Positions 27,433 to 37,428 of a stretch of DNA of 64,000 nt are shown in pieces. The translations under genes were made by a program, and so were the position numbers. The notes beneath the pieces were generated by a model, which saw only the letters and a program-made list of their open reading frames with translations, was not told the origin of the DNA and did not search any database. Numbering within the stretch: the first letter of the stretch is position 1; the number at the start of each line of letters is the position of its first letter. This stretch comes from Planctomycetota bacterium (GTDB lineage Bacteria; Planctomycetota; UBA11346): NCBI GenBank assembly GCA_038213805.1, contig JBBQSO010000021.1, forward strand, positions 1 to 64,000, given 5' to 3'.

Positions 27433-28818
27433 ATGGATGCGGTTGTCTATGCTTGTGGGAACGGGGGGCCCAGCCATGTCCACGCAGCGCAGCACGTCAG
27501 ACGCGCACCAGTCGACCGCCGCCAGCCCGCGGCCACCGGTGATCAACCCGAGTCGGAAGGCGGTCTGCTGCCGGCCTCCCGGAACGCGCCCGAGGGCGCC
27601 GGCCGGGCCTCCCCCTTCGCGCTCGCGCCCAGCGCCCTCCACGAAGAGGTGGGAGGTGCGCATCCCAAGCCCGCTCCCGGACCGGCCCCGTCTCCGGATC
27701 CCACCCCCCAGCCGGGACCAGACCCCCTTCCCTTGCCCCATCCCGGGCCCCATACCACGCCGCACCCCCGGCATGACGAGGACGCACCCACCCTGCTGAC
27801 CCGTGCACAGGCTCACCACGAGGCCGAGGCGCTGGTGGCCAGGCTCGCCGGCAAGGTCGATGTCCATCACGCGGTCGACGCGCAGGGGCTACCCGCAGAG
27901 ATCCGCCTGCACGGCGACACGGCCAGCGTCAGCATCGGGCCGGACCGGGCCAAGCTGACCGCCAGCCACGATTTCCGCGTCGTCGAAACGGTGGCGAAGA
28001 GCGCCGTGGTGGCCGGGGCCGTCGACGGCCTCTACGACGCCGCGACCCCGGCCCTCGAAGCCGGCGGACGGCTTGAGCAGCACCGCCGGGAGTTCCAGCA
28101 CGACCACCCCACCGCCAGCGCGCTGGTGACCACGGCCGCCGCCGCCGCGGTGGTGGTGGGCACCAACCTGGCCGTGGGGTCGGGCGCCTATGCGCACGCC
28201 GCCGATGCGGTCGACCAGCTGGCCGACCGCGTGCACGCCCGGCACCCGCTCGATCCGCAGCAGACCCCGCGGCTCGAGGCGACCTCCCACGACCTCATCC
28301 ACGAGCGCGACCTGCGCTTGGGGATTACACCCGGTTTCGCAGTCGCGCGCACCCCGGCCGGCGTGCTGGTCGATGACCTGCGCGTGACCCTGGAAGCCAG
28401 CCAGGTCGAGCACCTCGGCGGCCAGGCCCAGCTGAGCAACCGCGCCACGCTCCACCTCGACGGCATCGTGCCGCTGGACCGCCAGGCTCTGCATCAGGCT
28501 GGCCTCGAGGCGTCCCTGCACGTCTCGTCGCGCCTGAGCACCAGCGTCCCGCTCGCGGGCGGCGTGCTCGAACCGTCGCTGCGCGCCAGCCTCGACGTCA
28601 CTGCCGATGCCCACGCCGGCAATCCCGCCGATCTGGTCAAGGCCACCACCCAGCCGACCAGCGGTGTCAATGCGGCGGCCGCCATCCAGGCCGGAGTGGA
28701 GTGGAAGGACCACGGTCTCACGGCCGGCGCCCATGTGGAAGTCCGCGAGAGCATCGATCGCCAAGGTCACACCGGCACCGATGTCACTGCTGGCATCGGC
28801 GCAGCACTGAAATTCTAG
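27433..28818 (+). CDS. Hypothetical protein with Pro/His-rich N-terminus and beta-rich C-terminus ending in Phe
   Basis: Long ORF with coding-like bias in its 3' two thirds; start uncertain (27346..27433). Confidence 0.65.
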   Translation: MDAVVYACGNGGPSHVHAAQHVRRAPVDRRQPAATGDQPESEGGLLPASRNAPEGAGRASPFALAPSALHEEVGGAHPKPAPGPAPSPDPTPQPGPDPLPLPHPGPHTTPHPRHDEDAPTLLTRAQAHHEAEALVARLAGKVDVHHAVDAQGLPAEIRLHGDTASVSIGPDRAKLTASHDFRVVETVAKSAVVAGAVDGLYDAATPALEAGGRLEQHRREFQHDHPTASALVTTAAAAAVVVGTNLAVGSGAYAHAADAVDQLADRVHARHPLDPQQTPRLEATSHDLIHERDLRLGITPGFAVARTPAGVLVDDLRVTLEASQVEHLGGQAQLSNRATLHLDGIVPLDRQALHQAGLEASLHVSSRLSTSVPLAGGVLEPSLRASLDVTADAHAGNPADLVKATTQPTSGVNAAAAIQAGVEWKDHGLTAGAHVEVRESIDRQGHTGTDVTAGIGAALKF

Positions 28819-28893
28819 CCCCCCGGCCTCGGGAGCACGGCTCCGATTTGACTTCCACGGCGCGCCAAGCGACCATCCCCACGGGGGGCCGGC

Positions 28894-30573
28894 ATGGCAC
28901 CAGGGACGTTGGGTGCAGTGTGGTGGCGGTTGTGGCGGGCGGGGCGGAACAGCCTCCGCCACCTGGTCGTCGAGCAGCCCATCCGCGGCTTTTCGGTGGC
29001 GATCGTGCTGGCGGTGGTGTGGCTGATGCTGGGCGCGCTGTTCCTGGGCGTTCTGCTCTATCTGGGCGAAGACCAGTACGCCTCATTCAAGCGCAGCCTG
29101 GTCGAAAGCCTGCTGTCGCTGTTCTTCTTCACCCTGTTCTTCCTGGTCTCGATCTCGGACATGGTGCTGGTGTGGGGCGCGTTGTTCCGCAGCCGCGCCG
29201 CAGCCTTCCACGCGCAGCTGCCGTTCGGCGAGCGCGCGCTGTTCTGGAGCGCCGCCACCGAGGGCGGGCTGTGGTCGAGCTGGGCGGTGCTGGTGCTGGC
29301 GTGTCCGCTGATCGGCGCGCTGGTGGTTGACCGCCAGCACCTCCATCCGGCGCTCGGTGAAGGTCTGCTGATGGCCGCAGGCGCCGCGGCGGCGCTGCTC
29401 GCCTTCGTGATCTGCTGCGTGGCCGTGGGCGGTGTCGGCGCGCTGTTGCTCGCCCGTCTCATCCCGCTGCTGCGCCGTGGGCTCAAAGGCATCGTCGCGC
29501 TGGCCGGACTGGCGCTGGCGATCGGCGCGGTCGTCGCGCTGGGCGCGCTGGAGCGCCGCGGCGAGCCCACCCTGCTGGTCTCTGAGATCGTCGGCCACCT
29601 GCGTTTCGCCGAGAATCCGTATCTGCCGCCGTGGTGGGCCGAGCAGGGGCTGAGCGCGGCGCTCGACGGCCGTTGGGCGGAATGGAGCTACTTCCTGGGC
29701 CTGCTGCTGAGCACCGCTGCCACCGTGGCGCTGGTCGGCGAGTGGCTGGCCGGGCGCCGCCTGCGCATCGATCTCGATGCGCTCACCGGCCGGCCGGAGG
29801 CGCGCGGTGCAGCGCGCAGCCGGCCGTGGCGGCTGCTGCCGCTGCTGCCGGCCGACCTCGCCCTGCTCGCGGCCAAGGATCTGCGCCTGTTCCTGCGCGA
29901 GCCGGCCCAGGTCCTGCAGTTCACCATGTTCTTCAGCATCCTCGGGTTCTACCTGCTGATGCTGCCGCGCATCGGCAAGACCTTCCTGTTCGACGAGTGG
30001 TGGCGGCCGGCGGTGTCCTTGCTCAACCTCACCGCAGTGGCGATGGCGCTGGCGACCTTCACCGGTCGCTTCGTCTACCCGCTGCTCAGTCTTGAGGGGC
30101 GCCGGCTGTGGGTGCTGGCCCTGGCGCCGTGGCCGCGCGCGCGCGTGGTGACGGCGAAGTTCGTGTTCGCGCTGCTCGTCGGTCTGCCCGCCGGGGTGGT
30201 GCTGGTGGTGCTGTCTGGAACCATGCTTGAGCTGCGGCCGGTGGTAGTGCTGTACCAGGCGCTGACCATCGCCTGCATGGCCGTCGGTTTCACCGCGGGC
30301 GCGCTCGGCCTGGGCGCGCGCTTGGCCGACTACACCGAGGACAACCCGGCCAAGCTGGTCGCCGGCTATGGCGGCACCATCAACCTGATGAGCAGTCTGG
30401 CTTTCACCGGCCTGCTGCTGTGCGGCGCCGCCTTCCCCCTGCTCAGCGAGGGTCGGCCCGGGTTCGGCCCGTGGCGCTGGGGCATCGGTCTGGCGTGGAC
30501 CCTGGGCATCACCACGGTGTGGACGCGCATCTTCATGGGGATGGCGTGGCGGTGGTTCGGGCGGCTGGGGTAG
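28894..30573 (+). CDS. Putative ABC exporter-type permease (multi-TM)
   Basis: About 13 hydrophobic segments; KDLRLFLREPAQ, RFVYPLLSLEGRRLWVL motifs. Confidence 0.82.
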   Translation: MAPGTLGAVWWRLWRAGRNSLRHLVVEQPIRGFSVAIVLAVVWLMLGALFLGVLLYLGEDQYASFKRSLVESLLSLFFFTLFFLVSISDMVLVWGALFRSRAAAFHAQLPFGERALFWSAATEGGLWSSWAVLVLACPLIGALVVDRQHLHPALGEGLLMAAGAAAALLAFVICCVAVGGVGALLLARLIPLLRRGLKGIVALAGLALAIGAVVALGALERRGEPTLLVSEIVGHLRFAENPYLPPWWAEQGLSAALDGRWAEWSYFLGLLLSTAATVALVGEWLAGRRLRIDLDALTGRPEARGAARSRPWRLLPLLPADLALLAAKDLRLFLREPAQVLQFTMFFSILGFYLLMLPRIGKTFLFDEWWRPAVSLLNLTAVAMALATFTGRFVYPLLSLEGRRLWVLALAPWPRARVVTAKFVFALLVGLPAGVVLVVLSGTMLELRPVVVLYQALTIACMAVGFTAGALGLGARLADYTEDNPAKLVAGYGGTINLMSSLAFTGLLLCGAAFPLLSEGRPGFGPWRWGIGLAWTLGITTVWTRIFMGMAWRWFGRLG

Positions 30574-30849
30574 ACGGCACAGGCTCGCAGGACAGCCCTG
30601 AAGGAGCTGGGTCTGGCAGGGACCATGCTCCACGAGTCAATTGCGATGCTACGCATGTCTCCCGTCTGCATCAGGCTCGCCATCCACTCCTCGCGACTCC
30701 CTGACCCCCGCTGCGGAGAGCAGCCCGGGTCCCCTGCCCCAAATCCCAACACCTCTCCCGGTACCCTCCTCACCGCGGTGCGCAGCCTGCCCATCGGCGT
30801 TGACCCTCCGGCCGCCGATCCACACTGGACCCTGTTGCGGGGAGGTAGC

Positions 30850-33195
30850 GTGACCAGACATCCCGTGCGCCCAAGGTTTTCCACGGTGCTCGCCGCCGTC
30901 GCCGGTGCGGCGCTGGCCCTCCGCGGGGGGGACCTCGTCGCGGCCGAGCAGCAGCTGAGCGTCGACAGCGCACTGCTCAAGCAGCCGGCGGCGGCGCGCG
31001 AGGCGCAGGCGCGCACCTGGCTGGCGGCCTCGCCGGTGCAGCTGGCGGCCGGGCGCACCCCGCTCAAGGACGCGCTCGCCCGCCTCGCAGCCGGGGGCAA
31101 CACCACCACCCTGGCGCCGGGCGTCGACGACGGCGCGCAGGCCGAGCTGCCGGCACTCGCTGGCGACTACTGGCAGGGCGTCGCCGCGATCTGCACCGCC
31201 TACGGGCTGACCATCGAACCGGGCGAGCTGTTCGACCAGGGCGAGGACAACAGCCGGCAGATGGGCCTCGCCAACCGCACCGACGGCACGACCCTGCCGG
31301 TCGCCATCCAGGGCGGGCCGGTGGTGCTCAGCCGGCGCGTCGACGGCACCCCGACGCCGTTGCTGGCGCCGTGCGGGGCGCTGCTCGCGCAGGTGATCAG
31401 CATCGATCTGCGCAGCCGCCGCGGCGCACAGCCCGCGCGCTGGCTGGATGCCGTGGTGGCGCTGCGCTTCGAACCGCGCGTGGCCGCGGCGCACGTCGGC
31501 GCGACCCAGCTCACCGTCACCGGCATCACCGACACTGTCGGCCGCCACCTCGATGGCGGCGAGACGCCGGTGACGCCGCGCAGCGACGGCGTGGCCGTGC
31601 ACCTCGCCGACCTGCCCGAGCGTCTCGCCGGCGTGCAGCTCAGCGGCGACCTTGGCGTGCTGCTGCTCGAGCCGGTGATGTTGAAGTCCAGCCTGCACCA
31701 GGGCGACTCCGCACGCACCGACCTGCTCGGCCAGGAGGCCACGGTGCGCCTGCTCGGCGAGAACGACACCGGTCCGAACGGGCAGAAGGGCCCGGGCCTG
31801 AACGTCTCGCTGCCCACCCAGGTGATCGGCTCGCGCCCACACGTGCGCGTGGTCAGCGGCGGCCAGCCGGTGCAGTTCAGCAACCAGGGCTCGCAGTGGA
31901 ACGGCGGGCGCCTCGACCTGTTCTACCGCGGCCACAACTTCACCGACGCCGAGTACGCGGTCGAGGTCAGCGGCCAGGCGGCGGTGCTGTCGCTGAGCAT
32001 GCCGCTGCGCATCACCGTCAACCTCGCTCAGTTGCCCACCGCGGAAGCCGGCGCGCGCAGCGGCGTCGAACTGCAGATCCCCACCCGGCTGGAATGGCCG
32101 GCGGGCCGGCGGGCGCTGGGCGAGGCGCTGCACCTGCTCAGCGCCAACGCCGGCCTGGCCCTGCTTGAACTCGGCACCAACGAGCAGCGCAGCGTCGACC
32201 TGCCGGCCTTCAACGGCACCTTCTGGGAAGGCGTGCTGGCGATCGCGCGCGCCTACGATCTCGCCATCCTGCCGCCGGCGCGCTCGCTCGGCGAGGAGCA
32301 CCCGGCTGGCGAGGGCGAGGAACAGAACACCGCTGCCGACCACCCGCCCTCGGTGGCCGGAGGTCCGGTGTGCCTGGGGCTGCGCCGGCCCGAGCGCCGC
32401 GGCGCCGAGTCCTTCCAGGCCTGCGGCGTGGTGCTGGTCGGCATCGACGAGGTCGCGGTGACCTCGGACCAGGGTCTGGGCGGCATCAACCGCAACGCCG
32501 AAATCAGCTACTGCCTGCGCCTTGAGCCGCACCTTGACGCCGCCCTGGTCGGCGAGGCCAAGGTCACCTGGACGACCCTCGCCGGCCAGGCCGAGGGCCA
32601 CCCGCTGGTGGTCGCGGAACCGGCCCCGGCCAATGAGGACGAGGCTCAGCGCCAGGCGCGCATGGCTCAGCCGCGCATGCGCTTCGTGCGCGTCGGCCGG
32701 CGCATGGTGCGCGTGCCGCTGGACAACGCCGCACCGGAGAGCGCCGGCCCGACCTCTGGCACGGTCACCGTCGGTGGACTGACCGGCGCGCCGACGACGC
32801 TGGCACTGTCGGGCCAGGTGACGCTGACCCTGCGCCGGCCGGCGCGCGCTGAGGCACGGCTCAGCGTCGGCGAGCACGCCACCGTGCAGCTCGCCGGCCA
32901 CGCGATTGGCGTACGTCTGGTGGCCAAGGACGCCAACGAGGAAGAGCGTGGCAACCGCAGCAGCGTGGTGGTCGACCTGGGCGAAGGCGTCGATGCCTTC
33001 GTACTGAGCGTGCGCTCACCGATGGCCAAGCTGCTGCGCTGCTCGGGCACCAGCAACAACGCGCACGCCGGCCGCATGCAGAGCATCTGGTACTTCCCTG
33101 AGCTCGAGCCGGGCATCCACACCCTGGTGCTGACCGCGCGAGAGCACCTCACCACCCTACGCCTACCCTTCACCCTCGCCGCCACCACGCCATGA
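30850..33195 (+). CDS. Secreted hypothetical protein with an internally duplicated module (paralog A)
   Basis: GGAGG RBS at 30841 and GTG at 30850; signal peptide; two G(D/T)(Y/F)W(Q/E)GV modules. Confidence 0.8.
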   Translation: MTRHPVRPRFSTVLAAVAGAALALRGGDLVAAEQQLSVDSALLKQPAAAREAQARTWLAASPVQLAAGRTPLKDALARLAAGGNTTTLAPGVDDGAQAELPALAGDYWQGVAAICTAYGLTIEPGELFDQGEDNSRQMGLANRTDGTTLPVAIQGGPVVLSRRVDGTPTPLLAPCGALLAQVISIDLRSRRGAQPARWLDAVVALRFEPRVAAAHVGATQLTVTGITDTVGRHLDGGETPVTPRSDGVAVHLADLPERLAGVQLSGDLGVLLLEPVMLKSSLHQGDSARTDLLGQEATVRLLGENDTGPNGQKGPGLNVSLPTQVIGSRPHVRVVSGGQPVQFSNQGSQWNGGRLDLFYRGHNFTDAEYAVEVSGQAAVLSLSMPLRITVNLAQLPTAEAGARSGVELQIPTRLEWPAGRRALGEALHLLSANAGLALLELGTNEQRSVDLPAFNGTFWEGVLAIARAYDLAILPPARSLGEEHPAGEGEEQNTAADHPPSVAGGPVCLGLRRPERRGAESFQACGVVLVGIDEVAVTSDQGLGGINRNAEISYCLRLEPHLDAALVGEAKVTWTTLAGQAEGHPLVVAEPAPANEDEAQRQARMAQPRMRFVRVGRRMVRVPLDNAAPESAGPTSGTVTVGGLTGAPTTLALSGQVTLTLRRPARAEARLSVGEHATVQLAGHAIGVRLVAKDANEEERGNRSSVVVDLGEGVDAFVLSVRSPMAKLLRCSGTSNNAHAGRMQSIWYFPELEPGIHTLVLTAREHLTTLRLPFTLAATTP

Positions 33196-35528
33196 CCGAG
33201 CGGTGCCCATTCCAGCGCCCGCTGCTCTGTCGCGCACCGCTCGCGGCCCTGCTCATCGCGCTGCTGGCACCGGCCGCCGCTCAGGAGGAGCGCGCGACGC
33301 CGCACGGACGTGACGAGCCGCGCGGCCACGACCAGCTCCAGGAGGTCGCCGAGGCGCAGCGTGCCGCGCTGCTCGCCGCCCTGGCGCGCGCCACCGCCAC
33401 CGCCTGGCCGGCGGGCGAGGTCAGCCTGGGCGAGGTGGTCGCCCGCCTGAACGCCGGCGGCAATCCCACCGAGCTGGCGAGCGGTGTGGATCCCGCGCAG
33501 CGCGCGCTGCTGCCGGCCCTCGACGGCACCTACTGGCAGGCGGTGCTGGCGCTGTGCGCGGCCTTTCGGTTGCGCCTGCAGCCCGGGGCGAACAGCACCG
33601 AGCCGCTGAACGGCGTGGATGTGCCGCATGAGGGCGAAGGCACCGAGCTTGTCCTGGCGGCACGCATCGCGGGTGGACCGGTGGTGCTGACGCGGCGCGG
33701 CGATGGTCCGGCGCCGCTGCTGATGACCACGCCGGGCAGCCCCCTGCTCGCCGACCTGATGCGCTGCGACATCCACCAGGGCGAGCAGCCGGGCAGCGCG
33801 GCGTGGGGCGACCTCGAGATCGCGCTGCGCCTCGAACCCCACGCGCACGCCATCAATCTCGGTCCAGCGCAAGCGGTGCTGGTGCGCGGCGATGACGGCG
33901 GGGAACAGCTCGCGGCCAGCGACGAGACCGGCGACGGCCGCGACGACCTGCTGCACCTGGTGGTCACCCGTCTGCCGGCCGGCGTGGGCAGCATCCGCAT
34001 CGCCGGGCAGCTGCGCATGGCGGTGGTCGACACCCTGGCGTGCAGCGGCGTGTTGCACCCCGGTGGCATGCTCGCCAGCGAGACCTGGGGCAACGTCGTG
34101 ACCCTGCGTCTCATCGATGGCGCGCTTGCGCGCAGCGAGAATCGCCACGGGCCCGGCCTGGTGTTCAGCCACCCCGAGCACGCCCTGGTCGGCACCCCAC
34201 GATTGAGCATCACCGTCGGCGAGCACGTGGTGCCAGAGCAGGACGGCATGGAGAGCACCCACCCGGCGCGCCGGCGCGGCACCACGGTGCGCATCGAGGA
34301 CACCCTGCGTCTCAGCCAGGATCCGGTCGATGCCGAATACCACGTGCGCGCCGAGGGCACGGTGCGCGTCGGCCAGCTCACCCTGCCGCTGGCGCTGCGC
34401 CTGCGCCTCGCCGACCTGCCGGCGCACGAGGCGCAGCCAGAGGCGCGCATCGAGGCCCAGCAGGCGACGATGGTGGCCTGGTCGGCCGGACCGCGCACCC
34501 TGCGCGAGGCCATCGCCGCGCTCGGCCACGGCGGCAACCCGGTGGTGCTCGAGCTCGGTGTGAGCGAGACGCGCAGCGCCGAACTGGCCGCCTACCACGG
34601 CACCTTCTGGGGTGGCGTCGCCGTACTGTGCCGCGCCTTCGACCTCACCGTGCTGCCCGCCGCGCCCGCGCCCGAGTCGGCGCGCAGTGGCGGCGCCGAC
34701 GGCATCCTGGCGAGCGTGCCGATCGCCGTCGAGGGCGGCACGGTGTGCCTGGGCGCACCGCGCCCGGGGCGGCCGCGCGCCACTGACCTGCAGCCCTGCG
34801 GCCCGTTCCTGATGGTCGTCAGCGGCAGCGCCGCCTCGACCCTGCGCAGTCGCGCCGGCGTGCGCCGCTGCGCCAACGTCGCGGTCCGCATCCGCCTTGA
34901 ACCGCACCTTGCCCCCGAGGCCATGCACGAGGCGGCGATCCAGTGGCTGCCGCTCGCCGAGGATCTCGGCGGCGGCCACGCGATCGCCGTGGGCCTGCCC
35001 CTGACCGACGAACACCGCGAGCCGGACGGACTCAACGAGGTGCCGATCGGCGATCCCGCGTTGGAGGTCGAGCCGGCACCGAGCTGGGCGGCATCCCTTA
35101 CCGGACTGCCCGCGGGCCGCAGCCGCTGCCGGCTGCATGGTGTGTTCTGCGGCCAGCTGCGCGCTCCGGTAAGCGCGTCGGCGGTGTTGCGCCCGGGCGA
35201 GCGGCGCACCGTAGCCCTGGGCGGCGCGCAGGCGGTCGCGGTGCTCTACGACGAGATCCAGGCCAAAGCCAATGGCTGGGAGCATCCCGCGCTCGGCCTC
35301 ATCCAGAATAGCGAGAACGGCGGCGGCGAGCCGACCATCACCCTCGATGCGCCAGGCGGCGGCGGCCGCGAGCAGCCGGTCGGCACCGACCACCGCTACC
35401 AGGACGCGCGCGAGAGTCTGTGGTTCTTCCGCACCTTGGCGCCCGGCGCGCACGCCCTGACTGTCACCGGCGACGAGCTGGTGGCGCAGTTCGCGGTGCC
35501 GCTGGTGATCGACTTCACGGAAGAGTAG
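33192..35528 (+). CDS. Secreted hypothetical protein with an internally duplicated module (paralog B)
   Basis: ATGA overlap with paralog A; signal peptide ending APAAA; two GT(Y/F)W modules. Confidence 0.8.
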   Translation: MTERCPFQRPLLCRAPLAALLIALLAPAAAQEERATPHGRDEPRGHDQLQEVAEAQRAALLAALARATATAWPAGEVSLGEVVARLNAGGNPTELASGVDPAQRALLPALDGTYWQAVLALCAAFRLRLQPGANSTEPLNGVDVPHEGEGTELVLAARIAGGPVVLTRRGDGPAPLLMTTPGSPLLADLMRCDIHQGEQPGSAAWGDLEIALRLEPHAHAINLGPAQAVLVRGDDGGEQLAASDETGDGRDDLLHLVVTRLPAGVGSIRIAGQLRMAVVDTLACSGVLHPGGMLASETWGNVVTLRLIDGALARSENRHGPGLVFSHPEHALVGTPRLSITVGEHVVPEQDGMESTHPARRRGTTVRIEDTLRLSQDPVDAEYHVRAEGTVRVGQLTLPLALRLRLADLPAHEAQPEARIEAQQATMVAWSAGPRTLREAIAALGHGGNPVVLELGVSETRSAELAAYHGTFWGGVAVLCRAFDLTVLPAAPAPESARSGGADGILASVPIAVEGGTVCLGAPRPGRPRATDLQPCGPFLMVVSGSAASTLRSRAGVRRCANVAVRIRLEPHLAPEAMHEAAIQWLPLAEDLGGGHAIAVGLPLTDEHREPDGLNEVPIGDPALEVEPAPSWAASLTGLPAGRSRCRLHGVFCGQLRAPVSASAVLRPGERRTVALGGAQAVAVLYDEIQAKANGWEHPALGLIQNSENGGGEPTITLDAPGGGGREQPVGTDHRYQDARESLWFFRTLAPGAHALTVTGDELVAQFAVPLVIDFTEE

Positions 35529-35672
35529 TCCGGAAGCCCGCAAGTCGACTGCCCACTGAAACCGTCAGTGCCCTCGCCAGCGCAAAGAGATCAGCCCATC
35601 CACACGGGACTTCCGGACGTTCTCCGCTGGACGACGCGGGCGTGCCCGCATGCTGGCGCGCCGCGAGACGCC

Positions 35673-37286
35673 ATGAGCAGCCCCGGCAGCATCCAGGTCT
35701 ACAACACCCTCACCCGCGCCAAGCAGGCCTTCGTGCCGCTGGTCGCCGGGCGGGTGGGCATGTACGTGTGCGGGCCGACGGTCTACGACGACTGCCACAT
35801 CGGCCACCTTATGGGACCGGTGCTGTTCGACGCGGTGGCGCGCTGGTTCGCGGCGCGCGGCCACCAGGTGCGCTTCGTCAACAACATCACCGACATCGAC
35901 GACAAGATCATCAACCGCAGCCTGGCCACCGGCGAGCCGTGGGAGGCGATCACCGCGCGCTACACCGCGCAGTACCTCGGCTACCTGCAGCGCCTGCACG
36001 TGGTGACCGTCACCGACAATCCGAAGTGCAGCGCCTACATCGCGCCGATGATCGCGTACATCAAGGACCTGGTGGACGGTGGCCGCGCCTACCTCGCCAC
36101 CGACGGGGTATACTACGACGTGCTGCTTCAGCAGGGGTACGGCAAGCTCTCCGGCCGCCGTGTCGAGGACATGCTTTCGGGCGCGCGCATCGAGCGCGAT
36201 GCCGGGCTCCACCATCCCGCTGACTTCGTGCTGTGGAAGCTCGCCAAGCCCGGCGAGCCGTCGTGGCCGAGCCCGTGGGGAGCCGGCCGCCCGGGCTGGC
36301 ACATCGAGTGCAGCGTGATGTCCGACCGCACCCTGGGCGACACCTTCGACATCCACGGCGGCGGCGACGACCTCAAATTCCCGCACCACGAGAACGAGAT
36401 CGCCCAGGGCGAGGCGCACGGCGGCGGCTATGCGCGCTGCTGGATGCACAACGGCCTGATCCAGTACGAGGGCGTCAAAGTCGGCAAGTCCGACCCGCGC
36501 ATGAAGGACCCTGCCTTCGCCGGCCAGTTCAAGGCCGACCACCTGCTCGACACCTACGGCGCGGCGACCATCCGCTTCCTGCTCATGCAGGGACACTACC
36601 GGCGGCCGAACGACTTCGCGCCGGGGGCGATCGCCGCGGCGCGCACCGCGCTGGGCAAACTGCACCGCCAACTCGGCGCGCTGCTCGACCAGCCGGAGGG
36701 CGCGGCGCTCGACGCGCTGCTGGCGCAGCCCCTGCCCGCGGAGCTGGCGGAACCGCGCGCGGCGTTCACCGCTGCGATGGACGACGACTTCAACACCGGC
36801 GCCGCGATCGCCGCGCTGTTCGGCATCGCCGGCGAGGCGCGCAAGGCCGCGGTGGGCGAGGCGCAGCAGGGCGCGCTGCGTCTGCTGCGCGACCTCGGCC
36901 GCCTGCTCGGGCTGTTCCAGCCCGGGGATGGCGCCGACACCGCGCAGGCGAGCGCCGGCGGCCAGGCACTGTCCGGCGTGATGACGCTGGTGCTCGAGCT
37001 GCGGCAGGCGGTGCGGGCGGCGCGCGACTTCGCCGCCAGCGATCGCATCCGCGACGCGCTCACCGGCGCCGGCATCACCGTCAAGGACGCCAAGGACGGC
37101 GCCGCCTGGGAGGGCGGTGCGGACGATGCGCTGGAGCGTGTGATGGCGCTGGTCCTGACGCTGCGCACCGAGGTGCGCACGCGCAAGGACTTCGCGACCT
37201 CCGACCGCATCCGCGATGGCTTGGCGAAAGCCGGCATCGCGGTGAACGATGGCAAGGACGGGGCGACGTGGACAGCGGCCGGGTGA
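35673..37286 (+). CDS. cysS: Cysteine--tRNA ligase with a duplicated C-terminal domain
   Basis: MYVCGPTVY, HIGH, NITDIDDKII, GRPGWHIECS, DIHGGGDDLKFPHHENE, MDDDFNT. Confidence 0.97.
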   Translation: MSSPGSIQVYNTLTRAKQAFVPLVAGRVGMYVCGPTVYDDCHIGHLMGPVLFDAVARWFAARGHQVRFVNNITDIDDKIINRSLATGEPWEAITARYTAQYLGYLQRLHVVTVTDNPKCSAYIAPMIAYIKDLVDGGRAYLATDGVYYDVLLQQGYGKLSGRRVEDMLSGARIERDAGLHHPADFVLWKLAKPGEPSWPSPWGAGRPGWHIECSVMSDRTLGDTFDIHGGGDDLKFPHHENEIAQGEAHGGGYARCWMHNGLIQYEGVKVGKSDPRMKDPAFAGQFKADHLLDTYGAATIRFLLMQGHYRRPNDFAPGAIAAARTALGKLHRQLGALLDQPEGAALDALLAQPLPAELAEPRAAFTAAMDDDFNTGAAIAALFGIAGEARKAAVGEAQQGALRLLRDLGRLLGLFQPGDGADTAQASAGGQALSGVMTLVLELRQAVRAARDFAASDRIRDALTGAGITVKDAKDGAAWEGGADDALERVMALVLTLRTEVRTRKDFATSDRIRDGLAKAGIAVNDGKDGATWTAAG

Positions 37287-37336
37287 TTCCGCGATAGAAG
37301 CTCGGATGGCGAGCCCACGATCGCCTGGATCGCCGG

Positions 37337-37409
37337 CTCGCTGCCCGCTCCTCGCCGTTCGCTTCTCGCTTTGCGCTTTTCGCTTCTCGTGTCTCATGCC
37401 TCGCCTCTC
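37337..37409. repeat. Degenerate (CTCGCTT)-like heptamer array, about 10 units
   Basis: 7-bp periodic pyrimidine-rich tract before the next start codon. Confidence 0.75.
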
Positions 37410-37428
37410 CCCGCCGCCGGAGCTTTCC

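Noticed and set aside
30625..30849. N-terminal extension of paralog A
   Set aside because: GGAGG plus GTG at 30850 is followed by a signal peptide; the upstream part is C-rich and looks non-coding.
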